Under the pieces are notes generated by a model. That model had not been told where the DNA came from and did not search any database. It saw nothing but the letters and a program-made list of their open reading frames with translations. A stretch of 64,000 bases of DNA from Vitrella brassicaformis CCMP3155 (Eukaryota; Protista; Chromerida), in contig CDMY01000499.1 of assembly GCA_001179505.1 (NCBI GenBank), positions 62,001-126,000 on the forward strand. Reading direction: 5' to 3'. Shown here piece by piece: positions 29,501-40,806 of this stretch. Positions within the stretch are counted from its first letter, which is position 1. Each line of letters begins with the position of its first letter. Both the position numbers and the translations under genes were made by a program.

Positions 29501-31200
29501 ACTCGACTGACGACTACAAATATACGGACATTGCACGCACGCCAGCGTATCAAAGATGTATTTACTCGCACCTCTTGCAACGATCCCTAAACAAAGTCGC
29601 CCCTCTCGTACCCCCATCGAGTAAATAACCCATCGTTAGTGATGGTGGCCTGCTTGAACTTCTTGAAGACGGCAAAGTCGTCCATCCAGATGACGGCAAA
29701 GGGATGATCTGGGTTCTCTCTTTAGCTCTTGTACTCAGCGGCCGCCTGTCTGTCGTTGCCCTGGCCGTTGCAGTTCTTGTAGACACACATCATGGGCGTC
29801 GTGCGGCACAGGTTAAGCATGGCCTTCTCGCACAAAGATCCACACACACACATGTCACGTCACCCAAATCTCACCTCATCGTCTGTCATGTTGCGAGTTT
29901 GCTCCTCGCCGTAGGCAGAGTAGAAACACACCGACTGAGTGGACTCGCCATCGTCCGTCTGCACCATTGGTGACCATAGTAGGTGCACAGTCGCCGCATA
30001 CTGAGACAGCACCAGACAGCCACTGCAAGCCATCATTCCTTTGTGTCTCCTTACGTAAGTGCGTGTGTGTGTTTGACCTATGTGATAGTCGTCAAACACA
30101 CCTCGTTGGAGATGGTCTTGATGGAGATGGAGTCGCCGCCCCCTGAACACAACATTCCCCTGCCTGCCTTGCTGTCTTGCCTGCCGCATTAATTGTCTGA
30201 CCTTGCTGAGTAGGTTGGGTCTTTGTCTGGAGTGGTTGACGAGCCTGCCGGACTCCCACGTGTGGCTGTACTGCTCGCTCGTGGCGTCTCCAGGTCATGC
30301 AGTTCCTCTGGCACTTGAAGTAGCACACAGAGGGGCACCACTTTGCGTCCTCCTCTAACACACACACACACACACACACACCGCTACACACACAATACAC
30401 GCATCGCTTTTATCCCCGACNNNNNNNNNNNNNNNNNNNNNNNNNNNNNNNNNNNNNNNNNNNNNNNNNNNNNNNNNNNNNNNNNNNNNNNNNNNNNNNN
30501 NNNNNNNNNNNNNNNNNNNNNNNNNNNNNNNNNNNNNNNNNNNNNNNNNNNNNNNNNNNNNNNNNNNNNNNNNNNNNNNNNNNNNNNNNNNNNNNNNNNN
30601 NNNNNNNNNNNNNNNNNNNNNNNNNNNNNNNNNNNNNNNNNNNNNNNNNNNNNNNNNNNNNNNNNNNNNNNNNNNNNNNNNNNNNNNNNNNNNNNNNNNN
30701 NNNNNNNNNNNNNNNNNNNNCCCCCCCCCCTTCTCCCCTTGCCCACTGGCAACTTTGGCGAGCAGGGCACTGTCGTTCTGCTTGCAGTCGGGCTCCTAGC
30801 AGAACGGCACCCTGCCCTGCTTGCCCGCCATGGCGATGTCCTTGTCCAAAAACTCGCTCGTATACAGACGTGCGCACAGCTGCGCAAACAGCCACAGCCA
30901 CACACACATCCATCCATCCATCCAGCCTACATCTGATGCAGCCATACATCAACTCACCTGCTCTTTGGGTGTCACGCGGTCTTAATCGCGTACCAATCAG
31001 ATCAGAGAGCGGTTCTCGAGTAGACACCTCGACAGCGAACACCTGGATGTTTATTGCTACCCCTACCCACCCACCTTTGCCTTTGCTTTTCCGTTTCCCC
31101 GTGCCTTTGTCTTTCCTATTGCCTTCTCTTTTGGCTCACCCTTCGCCTTTGCTTCCCCCTCGAGCTGGCGGATGCGGGAGAGGACTACCTGACTACCTGA
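26560..31200 (-). pseudogene. Decayed multi-exon gene(s) with a SET8/PR-Set7-like exon
   Basis: Protein-like minus-strand exons with GT-AG borders but in-frame stops (e.g. TGA at 27748-27750 between the same-frame ORFs 27748-28053 and 27349-27720, and TAG in RVPFC*EPDCK near 30795) and frameshifts. Exon 30202-30354 reads CYFKCQRNCMTW/DATSEQYSHTWESGRLVNHSRQRPNLLSK. Confidence 0.6.
30421..30720. other. Assembly gap (300 N)
   Basis: N run immediately upstream (minus strand) of the SET8-like exon. Confidence 1.
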
Positions 31201-31713
31201 CTAACCTGTCTAGCTACAGCTACGGATCGGGAACAATTGCCAGATCAAAGGATTCTTCTAGCAGAACGTCAACGTTCTGCCACCTGCACAAACACGTCCC
31301 CATAACACGAGACACGAGCGGGAATCCTTATCGTAAGGACGGGGGGCGAAGATGGGGTGTGTGAACGCATCATCGGCCATGGCGTATGCATCACGCGCAT
31401 GACTGACCACGTTCGGGTCGCCATAGGGTAGCGGTAGCTCTCATTCCTCTGCGGCCTCGTCTCCTCGTCTTCCGGCCTAGAGCCGAGAACTGCTTGTCGC
31501 AGAGACTTCCGCTACACGCTTAAGTGACCTGAGACACACGTACATGCACACACACACACACCAGCAACACACAACCAGAGAGACATTCAAAGAACCCTGC
31601 GAGTCGCTCGCCTCTCTTGCTCTGCATTCCCCTCCACCCCCCGCCCGCAACACGTACGTCGTCATCTTCAGGGCCGACGTCTTCCTCAGCGTCCATGAGA
31701 GGATCGCTGTGGA

Positions 31714-32160
31714 TTGACAGCGGGATCATATGTAATGTCTCCAGACTCATGTGCCTCACTGTGTGCAGTCGTCGAGGCAAGCGTCCCCCGTGGACGGTTT
31801 TTAATGGCCTTGATCCTCAGGCGAGTGCCGTTGGCCAGTCAAGAGCTGAGGCTGGAGCAGGTGGTTACATACAAGCAGGCCAATCCAATCCTTTCAGACA
31901 TACAAACAATGTCTCATGTCTACCGGTAGCAACTGATGATGTCCCGTCCTGCCACGTATGGTGTGGACGTCTGTGCACACAGTGCACATGAGAGTGGAAT
32001 CCTGATCGGCACCAATGAGACGACGGGTGGGGATGAGGCCGAGGTGATCGACCTCAAAGTGCAGCTCTCCTCGTCCGCAACGCTGGCTGTGCTCGAAATT
32101 GGCCATCAACCTGAGTTTAGATGGATTGAGCCCAATCGGATACGTGACGGGGAGTGCTAG
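31714..32160 (+). pseudogene. Interrupted reading frame of unknown identity
   Basis: ORFs 31714-31929 and 31936-32160 are in the same frame, separated by one TAG, and give about 150 protein-like codons. Confidence 0.35.
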
Positions 32161-32289
32161 TTGTGATGGACAGAGACACACATATACATATACATCAGAT
32201 AATGTACCTGCGTCTGGTCTCCAGGGTGGGCCAGGAATAATCCGTCCACGTGGCTCGCCAGGAGTCTTCTCGGCGACTGACTCTCGTAA

Positions 32290-32830
32290 GTCTCGCCACC
32301 CTTCGAGGACTGATCAAATGCGAGACACATATGTGTCACTATCTATGAGTATGTCTCACGGCCACCTTTGTCTCGGGAGACACACTTTAATCCTTCCCTG
32401 TAGTCGGTTCTGGATAGGGGGCGGCCGAGGCGTCCAATCGCGCCCGCCAGGCTGGTCGCCACACTTTAGGGACAAGCGCCTGAGACACATACACACACAC
32501 ACACACACGCGCACACACGCACACACAACATCCATCCCCTGTCCTTCCCCGTCCAGTGTCCCGATCGGCTGCCCTCTCACCCGATGACACGGTGGATGGC
32601 AACTCGCATCGCCCGTGTATAGTACTCAACGTACTCCCCTAGCGTGGTCGCTAGCCCATGAACACTCGTCGGACGGCATGCAGCCTCGGTGTCTGGCGGG
32701 GCCAGCTCTTCCTCCTTCTCCTCGCGGATGACAGTCTGGGGGCTGCCTGCACCGACCGAGTCGGCCGAAGAGTTGTCCTGAAGCGACCGTGTTACCTGCT
32801 CGATGTGGGGGATGAAGAGGGCTTTTGAAG
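32290..32830 (-). repeat. Internally deleted paralogous copy of the 26.5-28.4 kb pseudogene segments
   Basis: 32430-32500 resembles 27115-27185, 32685-32780 resembles 28270-28365, and 32780-32828 resembles 36224-36272. Confidence 0.85.
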
Positions 32831-32879
32831 ATAGTAACGTAGAAGGATGAAAGACCGGCAGGCTTTGCAGGCCAGCGAT

Positions 32880-33290
32880 CCGTCGTAGCCGTATCTGGTC
32901 TCGGCTTCTCGAACGAGACGCAGTCCCTTGTCGCGCCCGCCTAGTCCATGTGCTGGGCAATGAAGGCTCGTGTGCTCGCGGATCGATACCAACTCGGCTG
33001 CTCCGCCAGCGTGAACCACCCCCTTCAGCGGCGGCAGACGCGTCTTGATCATGCGAGAAGATCGATCTCTGCAGCAAGTTTCAATAGCCCGCATTGGTGG
33101 CATCTCGGAGTGCTCTCATCGCCCTCAGCTCTTCAAGATGCTACATATTCTTCGGCAGAGAGCACGGGGGAATCCAATTGGGAGAATCTGCTTCCCCATC
33201 ATCGTTGTCTTCAGCTGGAAGGACCAGGACTCCCAGTCTTCCATACGTCCGCTAAAGATGGGGTGGCTCATCTTTAAATCGAAGCGGAGT
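32880..33290 (-). mobile_element. Degenerate Ty1/Copia gag-like relic
   Basis: HPIFSGRMEDWESWSFQLKTTM resembles the Copia gag N-terminal P-x-F-x-G...W-x-x-W motif, and downstream DKGLRLVREAETRYG resembles the gag G-x-x-x-W/L-R-x-L-x-x-x-Y segment. Broken by stops. No pol or LTRs seen. Confidence 0.35.
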
Positions 33291-34877
33291 GACGGAAGTT
33301 GTCCAGGGAGCCGCTGATTGGCACCCATGCAGCGATGAAGCCACGAAAGGTCCTGCACAGTAGAGAGACATGCCAATGAAAAAGAAGACAGTCTTACAGC
33401 AGAAAAGGTAGTGAATCGATTAATAGCGACGTACTGTCACTGCAGCCTGTAAGAGTACGTCACTACGACTGCCTTTGAGTGTGCCTTGCCTTTGGCTTTT
33501 GGTCCTGCCTTTGGGGCTGCCTTGGCGGCTGCCTTTGATGGCGCCGACGCGCACCACCGGCTTAATTCGTCAAGCGTCGACGTGAACCGAAAGGTCGGGG
33601 TGCGCGGAATATCCCGTCTCAACTCCCGAAATCGTCGAGGTGTATTGCGCCGGTCCCTTCTCGGTGCTTTCGGTGGAACTCCAGCGCACAACGACCCTCC
33701 ATTCGATGTCGCCGTGTCCCCAGCACCTCCGTTCATAGCCCAACGCCATCTCTGCCGGCACTACAGGCGATCGATGGCGGTGCGAAGAAATCTCTAGATG
33801 TGAATTTCATGCTCTTACTGATTGAGTACTGATTGACGGTCGTCCAGAATTTCGACCAGGCGAAGTGGATGAGTCCGTCGACCAAGACCTCTGTGAGCTG
33901 GACACAAAGTAGACGTCCATTTCGTCTGTGTCTCGAGCAGTTTTGGCTCATGAAGTACCATCTCAGTTGGAGACATCATCAGAGTCGACAGAAACTCGGT
34001 AGAGGGGAAGCCGTCCTCCTCATTGTGTTCGACAAGATACGTAGCCTGATTGTCTTAGAAGAATAGGAATGAAAAGCTCGAGACGCAATTGAAGCGCGTA
34101 CCTGTCTGACTTGGGACGAAGTCAATCGGTTTCGAGCGTGTCTCTTTCAAACGTGTCTCTCTGAAACGCATACACAGGGCAGCACAACCTCTGAGGAAGG
34201 GGAGACCACAGACGCGTTGTTCAACGGAGCCAAGATGTGTGTGCTCATGTTTCCTACCTTGGTTGGCTCTTGTAAGCGTCCACGCCTCATTGCTGGCGAT
34301 ACTATATAAGCGCGCCTCGTTCTTCGCAGCCTCGGCGACGCTCGTGCCCGATGTGCAGCCTGAGGATAGCAAGAGGGTTATACCAATGTGTGTTCCTTTA
34401 TCCTGCCTGTGGCGTGGGTGACGTGTGTGTGTGCACCTATGAAGCTGCCAACCTCGTCAACGCTGAGCAAAGATAACCACGCGCAAACGAACAGGGTTGC
34501 CTTCGTGTGGACACAGAAAGGTGGATGGCTGGTGCAGTTCACTTACGAAGCAATGGATGTCGAAGCGATAGGCAAGACCAGAGGTTTTCCTCTTCTCGTC
34601 CGATGCCGTTGCTGAGCCGGAAGAACCATTTCGGTATCGGCGAGAATGAGGGCCTGGCGAACCTCCACTCCTGACGGCTTGAGGGTCTGCAGTAAGCACA
34701 CACGACAGCAATGACACCTTTTTTTTGCAGTTTCCCTGGTGGATCGCACCTGAAACAGTCTCCCATAGTAGGTCAGCCGGTATGGTAGATATCAGCCCAC
34801 CATCCAAGGCATAAAGAAAATCCGACAATACGATGAAGTGCCACGTTCTGCATTCCGACCTGGGCCTTGAGATGCCC

Positions 34878-35177
34878 NNNNNNNNNNNNNNNNNNNNNNN
34901 NNNNNNNNNNNNNNNNNNNNNNNNNNNNNNNNNNNNNNNNNNNNNNNNNNNNNNNNNNNNNNNNNNNNNNNNNNNNNNNNNNNNNNNNNNNNNNNNNNNN
35001 NNNNNNNNNNNNNNNNNNNNNNNNNNNNNNNNNNNNNNNNNNNNNNNNNNNNNNNNNNNNNNNNNNNNNNNNNNNNNNNNNNNNNNNNNNNNNNNNNNNN
35101 NNNNNNNNNNNNNNNNNNNNNNNNNNNNNNNNNNNNNNNNNNNNNNNNNNNNNNNNNNNNNNNNNNNNNNNNNNNNN
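34878..35177. other. Assembly gap (300 N)
   Basis: N run with a poly-C right flank. Confidence 1.
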
Positions 35178-35271
35178 GGCCCCCCCCCCCCCCCCCCTCC
35201 CCCAAAAAAGGAAAGTCGCCGCTTGGCCACCGGCCACCAGTGATCAAGTGCAGTTGCGTCCACTCCATGTG

Positions 35272-36440
35272 AAGCACAGCCTCTGAGGAAGGGGGGGAAG
35301 AGAAGACGGCCCCATGAGGAAGGCCGTAATGGCCAAGCCTATTCCCTCTCCGCTCAGCAGGTGACGAGATTCCCACCTCCAGCACGTAGAAGAAAAGCCG
35401 TCACCCGGCGAGCCATTCACACACAATCACCAGTGAGCGACAAAATAAAAACGCCGCCATCCCTGCCTCTCAGAGAAGGGAATATCGGGCTTCAGTCACC
35501 ACCCCGTCACTCGAGCTTGGTGACTGTGAGGCGATGGATGACGCCCGAGCTGCCCTTCCCGTTGAGAATACGCGTCAGAGTCGTCCTGCCTGAACACATA
35601 CACACACGCAATACATGATGCTCATGATTGTGATCTCGTCGCCTCACTCAGGCCGCTGCTTTTGATGCCCAGGTCCTCGGCGCCCGTGCACCCATCGCTT
35701 TCACACCACCTTGCCGTTCACCAAGCTGAAAGTCCGAACAGCGGCCGTCCAGTGGCCGCCAGGTCACCAACACGTGGGCATCTCGATGAGCCACGCCTGC
35801 CATTTGGCTTTACGCTATCGTTCGGCCGGAGAGTCGTTTGTATTAGCAGCTGCGCGTAGGTTTCCTTCGAGACGGTATTCGATAGCGTTTCGATAGACGT
35901 AAGTGCCGCCAAAGGGTCAGTTCGTCCCTTTGCCGAGGCTTCCTGCGGGGCAAGCCGCTGCCTTTAAAAGACTTGGCCTTTGATGCGTCAGAGACGCTCG
36001 AGACACGACGTGCAGGGACGCTCAGGTCCTTGGGAGGCTTCGAACCAAGCAGATCTTGGTCGGGACGACGTTTCGCAGGACCACACGGGAAGGAGGATGG
36101 CGACAGCCCATACACACTTCACCTGCTGAGAGATCTAACACAAACCCAACAACAAGAGACCCTCCTTCCATCCTCGGGGTACCTCACGAGAGGCAACCGT
36201 CAACCCGCCACCAGACCGTCTTCCAGAAGCGACCGCGTTACCTGCTCGATGTGGGGGATGAAGAGGGCCCTTGACCATAGTAGCAATTCAGCAGGCTTTA
36301 CGGGCTGCGGACAGCTTAGTCGGTGGCGGCTGTGTCGGCCCCGTGGACAACGGTGTCCGTACGATGAAAAGAACACAGCCCCCACGAGGAAGGCCGTGAT
36401 AGCCGCTATCCCCTCTCCCCTCAGCAGGTGACGGGAGGCC
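35272..36440 (-). repeat. Further dispersed fragments of the local degenerate repeat family
   Basis: 35305-35370 resembles 36375-36438, 34184-34205 resembles 35272-35295, and 36224-36272 resembles 32780-32828. Confidence 0.75.
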
Positions 36441-36834
36441 ATGTCCACGGCAACGAGCGAGGGACTAAGAGGCTGCAATTGACAGGCTGCCATGATGGAG
36501 ATGCGATGGAAAAACCAAAGGCTAGCCTCCTAGATCTCAATACTCTTTTGACCCGCGCTGGCCGCAGGTAAATGCAACTCACCGAAAAAACTCATCGTTG
36601 ATCGCGAACCGATACCGCGGGCCCATATGCGGGCAGCCACCGGGCCGAAGGCACGGGCGCGTGGCCCTAGTAGCTTCAGGTACGCCCAGCCCACCTCATT
36701 CTTCAATGCGACGCCTGTCATCACCTCCATGGCATCTCCATGGACAAAACACATCAGATCCCATCATGATCTCATCGTTTTCTACTCGATCGTTGTCCAT
36801 GTTGATCTGTTTTGTCTGCAGTAGTGAAATTGCG

Positions 36835-39800
36835 ATGGAGGAGGACTTGTCGGGCGACGATGAGGCCGACGTTGGGCGCATGGATCTCGTCAGCGTCAGC
36901 TGCCTCAGCTCTCAAGGCCTGCAGTGCGCATTCTTCAAGGGATCTGCCGAGTCCACCCGGACGCTCGCCGCCAGGCTCATGAGCCGCTCCATCTCTGCCA
37001 GTTTGGTGACAAGGTCGATAGAGGACGAATTCGCAGACCCCTCAGCGCCGTTCGCCATCGTTCACCCCTCGCTGAGCAAGACGATCGTCGTCAGCCTTCT
37101 GTCCATCGCTATCGATGACCCTTTCGCTGCCCGCCCTGACGTGTGGCGATTCGCCAATGGCAAACGTCTGACCCTCTCGCCGTGGCCCTCTCGAGCGGCG
37201 CAGAGCGCGGTGCTTGAGGCCTTGATCAAGGGCGGGGCTGGCGTGGATGGACATGCTCAAGAGGACAATCGCCCCATGAAGGTCGCTGTGGCATCAGCAA
37301 ACAAGGAGGCCACCAATGTAAGAGAAAAGAGGGGCGGGAGAGGGAGAGAAGCCGGCCGGCATTCATACCCGCCCTTCTCTCGTCCTGTCTCGTCTTATCT
37401 GTCTGCAGATGTTGCTCAAGCACAAGGCCCGTGTGCACGGTTTGGAGCTCATCTACCCGCCCAGCAGCGCCGAGCGGCTCCCCCAGCCGTATGCCGCGTC
37501 ACTACTCAAGATATACAGGCAGCTGCTGTTCCACGATCGCAGCCTTGCCACGGAGAGGGACGAGGCGGGATGCACCGCTCTGCACTTGCTGGGGCAGGCC
37601 AGGCTGCATGACGACATGGTGCGGTCGGCCATGCGGCAGATCGCTGAGGCGTCCAAGAACAACAAGATGATCATCTACCCAAACAACAGGAAGGCCAAGG
37701 GACGCGCGAGAGGGGCAGAGGGAGAGGGCTGGACGGTCCGCTCGGTGGCGCGCCGCTGCATTGCGGGGGTCAAGGGTTTCCTCTGGTCGGCGTTTTTCTC
37801 CTGCCTTCTCGCTTTGGCCATCCTCATTCCCATCGTGTACTGCGTCATTCGGGTGCCTTTATGCGTCGTGTGGAGCGTCGTCACCCTCCCCTTCTCGTCT
37901 GCCCGTCATCAAATCGCTGAGGATGTCGCCGAATGCGTCGGTGGCGTGTCGTTCATCGTCGGCAACACTTGGCGCGTGCTGGCCGGCCAGGGCGTCGAAG
38001 TGCCGCAGGATATCTTCGAGCATGTGAGTGGTGACACGGATGACGACGCTGGCGATTCGTGGTTCATCGACAAGTACATAGACCTCCTGGTGGAGCATGG
38101 GCTGTCCCTCATGAATGAGAACGACAGCAGAGACACACCACTGGACTTCGCGGCTCCAGCTGGGTCGCGGGCAGTGGTCGAGCACCTGTGTCGCTCCCTG
38201 ACCCAGAAGGACATCAACCGTGTGCATCCCCGTTATCGGGTGACGGCGCTCGGCGGCGCGGCCATACGGCTGCGGCAGCTCACATACGAGAGCAAGAAGC
38301 ACCCCGCCTCGCGAGAGCACATCAGCGACCTGCAGCACGTGACCCGCACGTTGCTGCAGCACGGCGCGTCTCCCTCTCTGCTGCCGGCCGGCAATGCCAT
38401 GCAGAGACAGGCACAGGGACTAGTCATGGACATACACAGAGAGATGCAGCAGGGACAGAACGGTACGCATGTATGCACCCCAGAGCACCTATCCCATCTA
38501 TCCGTCATGTCCTCAATGTGTCTCTCCTTCTCCATGAGTGCAGTTGCCAAGAGTGCGAGCGCCCAGCCGCCGTCATCTGCTGCCCCGCCTTCACCCTCAC
38601 CCTCACCCTCACCCGTACCGCCACCCGCACCCGCACCCGCACCCCCTCCCCCTCCTCAGCAGACCACCACACGCAGCGCCACGACAAAAGGCGGCCGGAA
38701 GGGAGGCGCCCAGGCCACAACCACCAGCAGCAGCAGCAGCACGGACGAGACACAAGAAGAGCGGGTCAGGCGGCTGACTGAGGAGGTGAGGGCGCTGAGG
38801 ATGCAGGAGGAGCTGCTGCGAGAGGAGGCGAGGGAGAGGGCCGTGAGGGAGAGCAAGGAGAGCAGGAGCAAGAAGGGAGGGGGCAAGAAGGGCAAGGCGG
38901 GTGGTCACGGGTCTGGGGATGGGCGCGCACCTGGGGCCTCCCATACCACTCCTACGGCTGCGGAGCCGTCCACAGCCAAGGCAGATAGGTGAGCAACGCA
39001 CTCACAAAGGGCTGGCCGGTTGTTTGCTCGTCCATGATGTCTGTGTGGCCTCTCTGCCTGCCTGCCTGTCTGTCAGTAATAGTTCGTGTGTTGACGTTGA
39101 GGGGCGTGCCGATGAGGACTCATCCCCGGCAGCTGCGACGCCCGGTGCGGATGATGGCGGCTATGGCAGTGAGGATTTCGCACCATTCGTCACCGTCACT
39201 CACACCAGCAAAAAGAAAAAGAACAAAGCCGACAAACTCGCGTAAGCCTGCGGCAGGAACGATATGCAACCTTCTTGTCTCCCTTGCATTGATGAACGCT
39301 CTTGTGTGTGTGTCTGTGTGTCTGTCTGTCTGTCTGTCTGTGTGTCTGTCTGTCTGTCTGTTATCCTCTCAGGGCAGCGAATGGTGCTTGTGCCAGTCGT
39401 GCTGCGGGCGCTGCCAAGCCACACAACCACCGGTACACAAGGAAAGGGATTGATGGGCGCCACGAAGAGCACCTTATCCATCTGTTGATGTGATGTTTCC
39501 CTTTCCAGCAGTCCGCCCCCTCTCGTCCCCACACATAAGATCGCAGGGTGAGAACACATCAGGGATACGCGGCCTTCAAAGCGGCTGCACGCACTCCATG
39601 TGTCATTGTGTGTTGTCAGATCGTTGGCTAGTTTGTCGACTGGCGACATCGGGAAGGCTCTGCCCACTGCATCGGTGTCCTCGGCCACAGCAGCAGGCGA
39701 CTGGTAGCACCGCCCACCAAAAGCTCATGGCTGCATGGCATGCATCGATGAGAGCTTTCCTGTCATTTGTTTGCAGCACGGGCGAGACGCCTCGGGGGCA

Positions 39801-40416
39801 CAGCACTAGCGGCACGGCTGCACCTTCTTCTGCCAACCCCACGGCGACCGGCATCGAATCGAGGTGCGAGACATGGCAAGGAACGGGTGGAGGGGGGTTC
39901 GCAGGATGCGACGCATTATCCACTGGACCTCCTTGTTTTGGTTGTCGTGTCCAGGTCGCCTGCTGAGGATAGTAAGGACCGTCTCGTCCACCAGCTACAG
40001 CAACAACTGGACGACGCCAGGCGAAAGTGAAATAAACAAACATGAAACACGAACCACGCATGTATGTGGTCTGTCTCTCGTTGTCTGCCAGGCTGGCCAA
40101 GGCCACTGCGGACCAGCAGCCGTCCACTGAGCGCCATCCGGACACCGACTGCATCATATGTGACGGCGACCACGGCAAGGCCACCATCATGATCATCCCC
40201 TGCAGACACATGTGCGTCTGCACCCACTGCTACACACAGTGGAAGGCCAGGCACCAGCAGGAGGTGGCCGCGGCGAGGCAGCGGCAGGCGGCCGGGTCGA
40301 CAGCAGCTCTGCCCAGGTTTGAGTGTCCGTGTTGCCGTGCCGATGTGGTGTTTGCGGGAACCAGGGAGGAGGTGCTCAAGTGGGCTAACCAGCCTTACAA
40401 ATGGCAGCTAGACTGA
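36835..40416 (+). CDS. Ankyrin-repeat protein with hydrophobic insertion, coiled coil and C-terminal C3HC4 RING (putative E3 ligase)
   Basis: The head has WPSRAAQSAVLEALIKGGAGVD, GCTALHLL, DTPLDFAA and TRTLLQHGAS. The last exon has CIICDGDHGKATIMIIPCRHMCVCTHC...FECPCCR. Confidence 0.88.
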
Positions 40417-40806
40417 CGTGAGTGCTCAGGGGTGGGTGAGGGTGTTGGATGCATGAATGGGTGTGACAGTTCTTCATGCCTGTGTGGACGCCGTGTCTGT
40501 TGTGGACGGACGGACGGATGGATGGCTGGAATCGAGTAAGCGAATTGATGTCCATCAGTCGAATCCAGGACACCACAACACACACACACGGATGGACACA
40601 CACGGATGGACGCAGCGTACCATCCTTCATCTATGTGTGTGGTGCTCGGCACAGCTGTGTCGTGCCACATGAGAACTAGAGCTAAACACACTACTCACTG
40701 CTATAAATGGACACTCATGAATACACACATTCACGCACAGACGCACCACCGCCACCATGAACGAAAAGAGCGCCGACAGGAACATCTGTCTGTCTGCCCA
40801 TCATCT

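Noticed and set aside
31790-31845. Minus-strand LANGTRLRIKAIKN resembling the PIF1/Helitron helicase GLCNGTRL motif
   Set aside because: It is immediately preceded by a stop, the neighbouring PVMLLRN and RRQFP motifs are absent in all frames, and the opposite strand carries the longer protein-like frame.
34290-34325. RLYSIAS resembling the ferredoxin-NADP reductase FAD-binding motif
   Set aside because: Isolated heptapeptide with no other FNR motifs around it.
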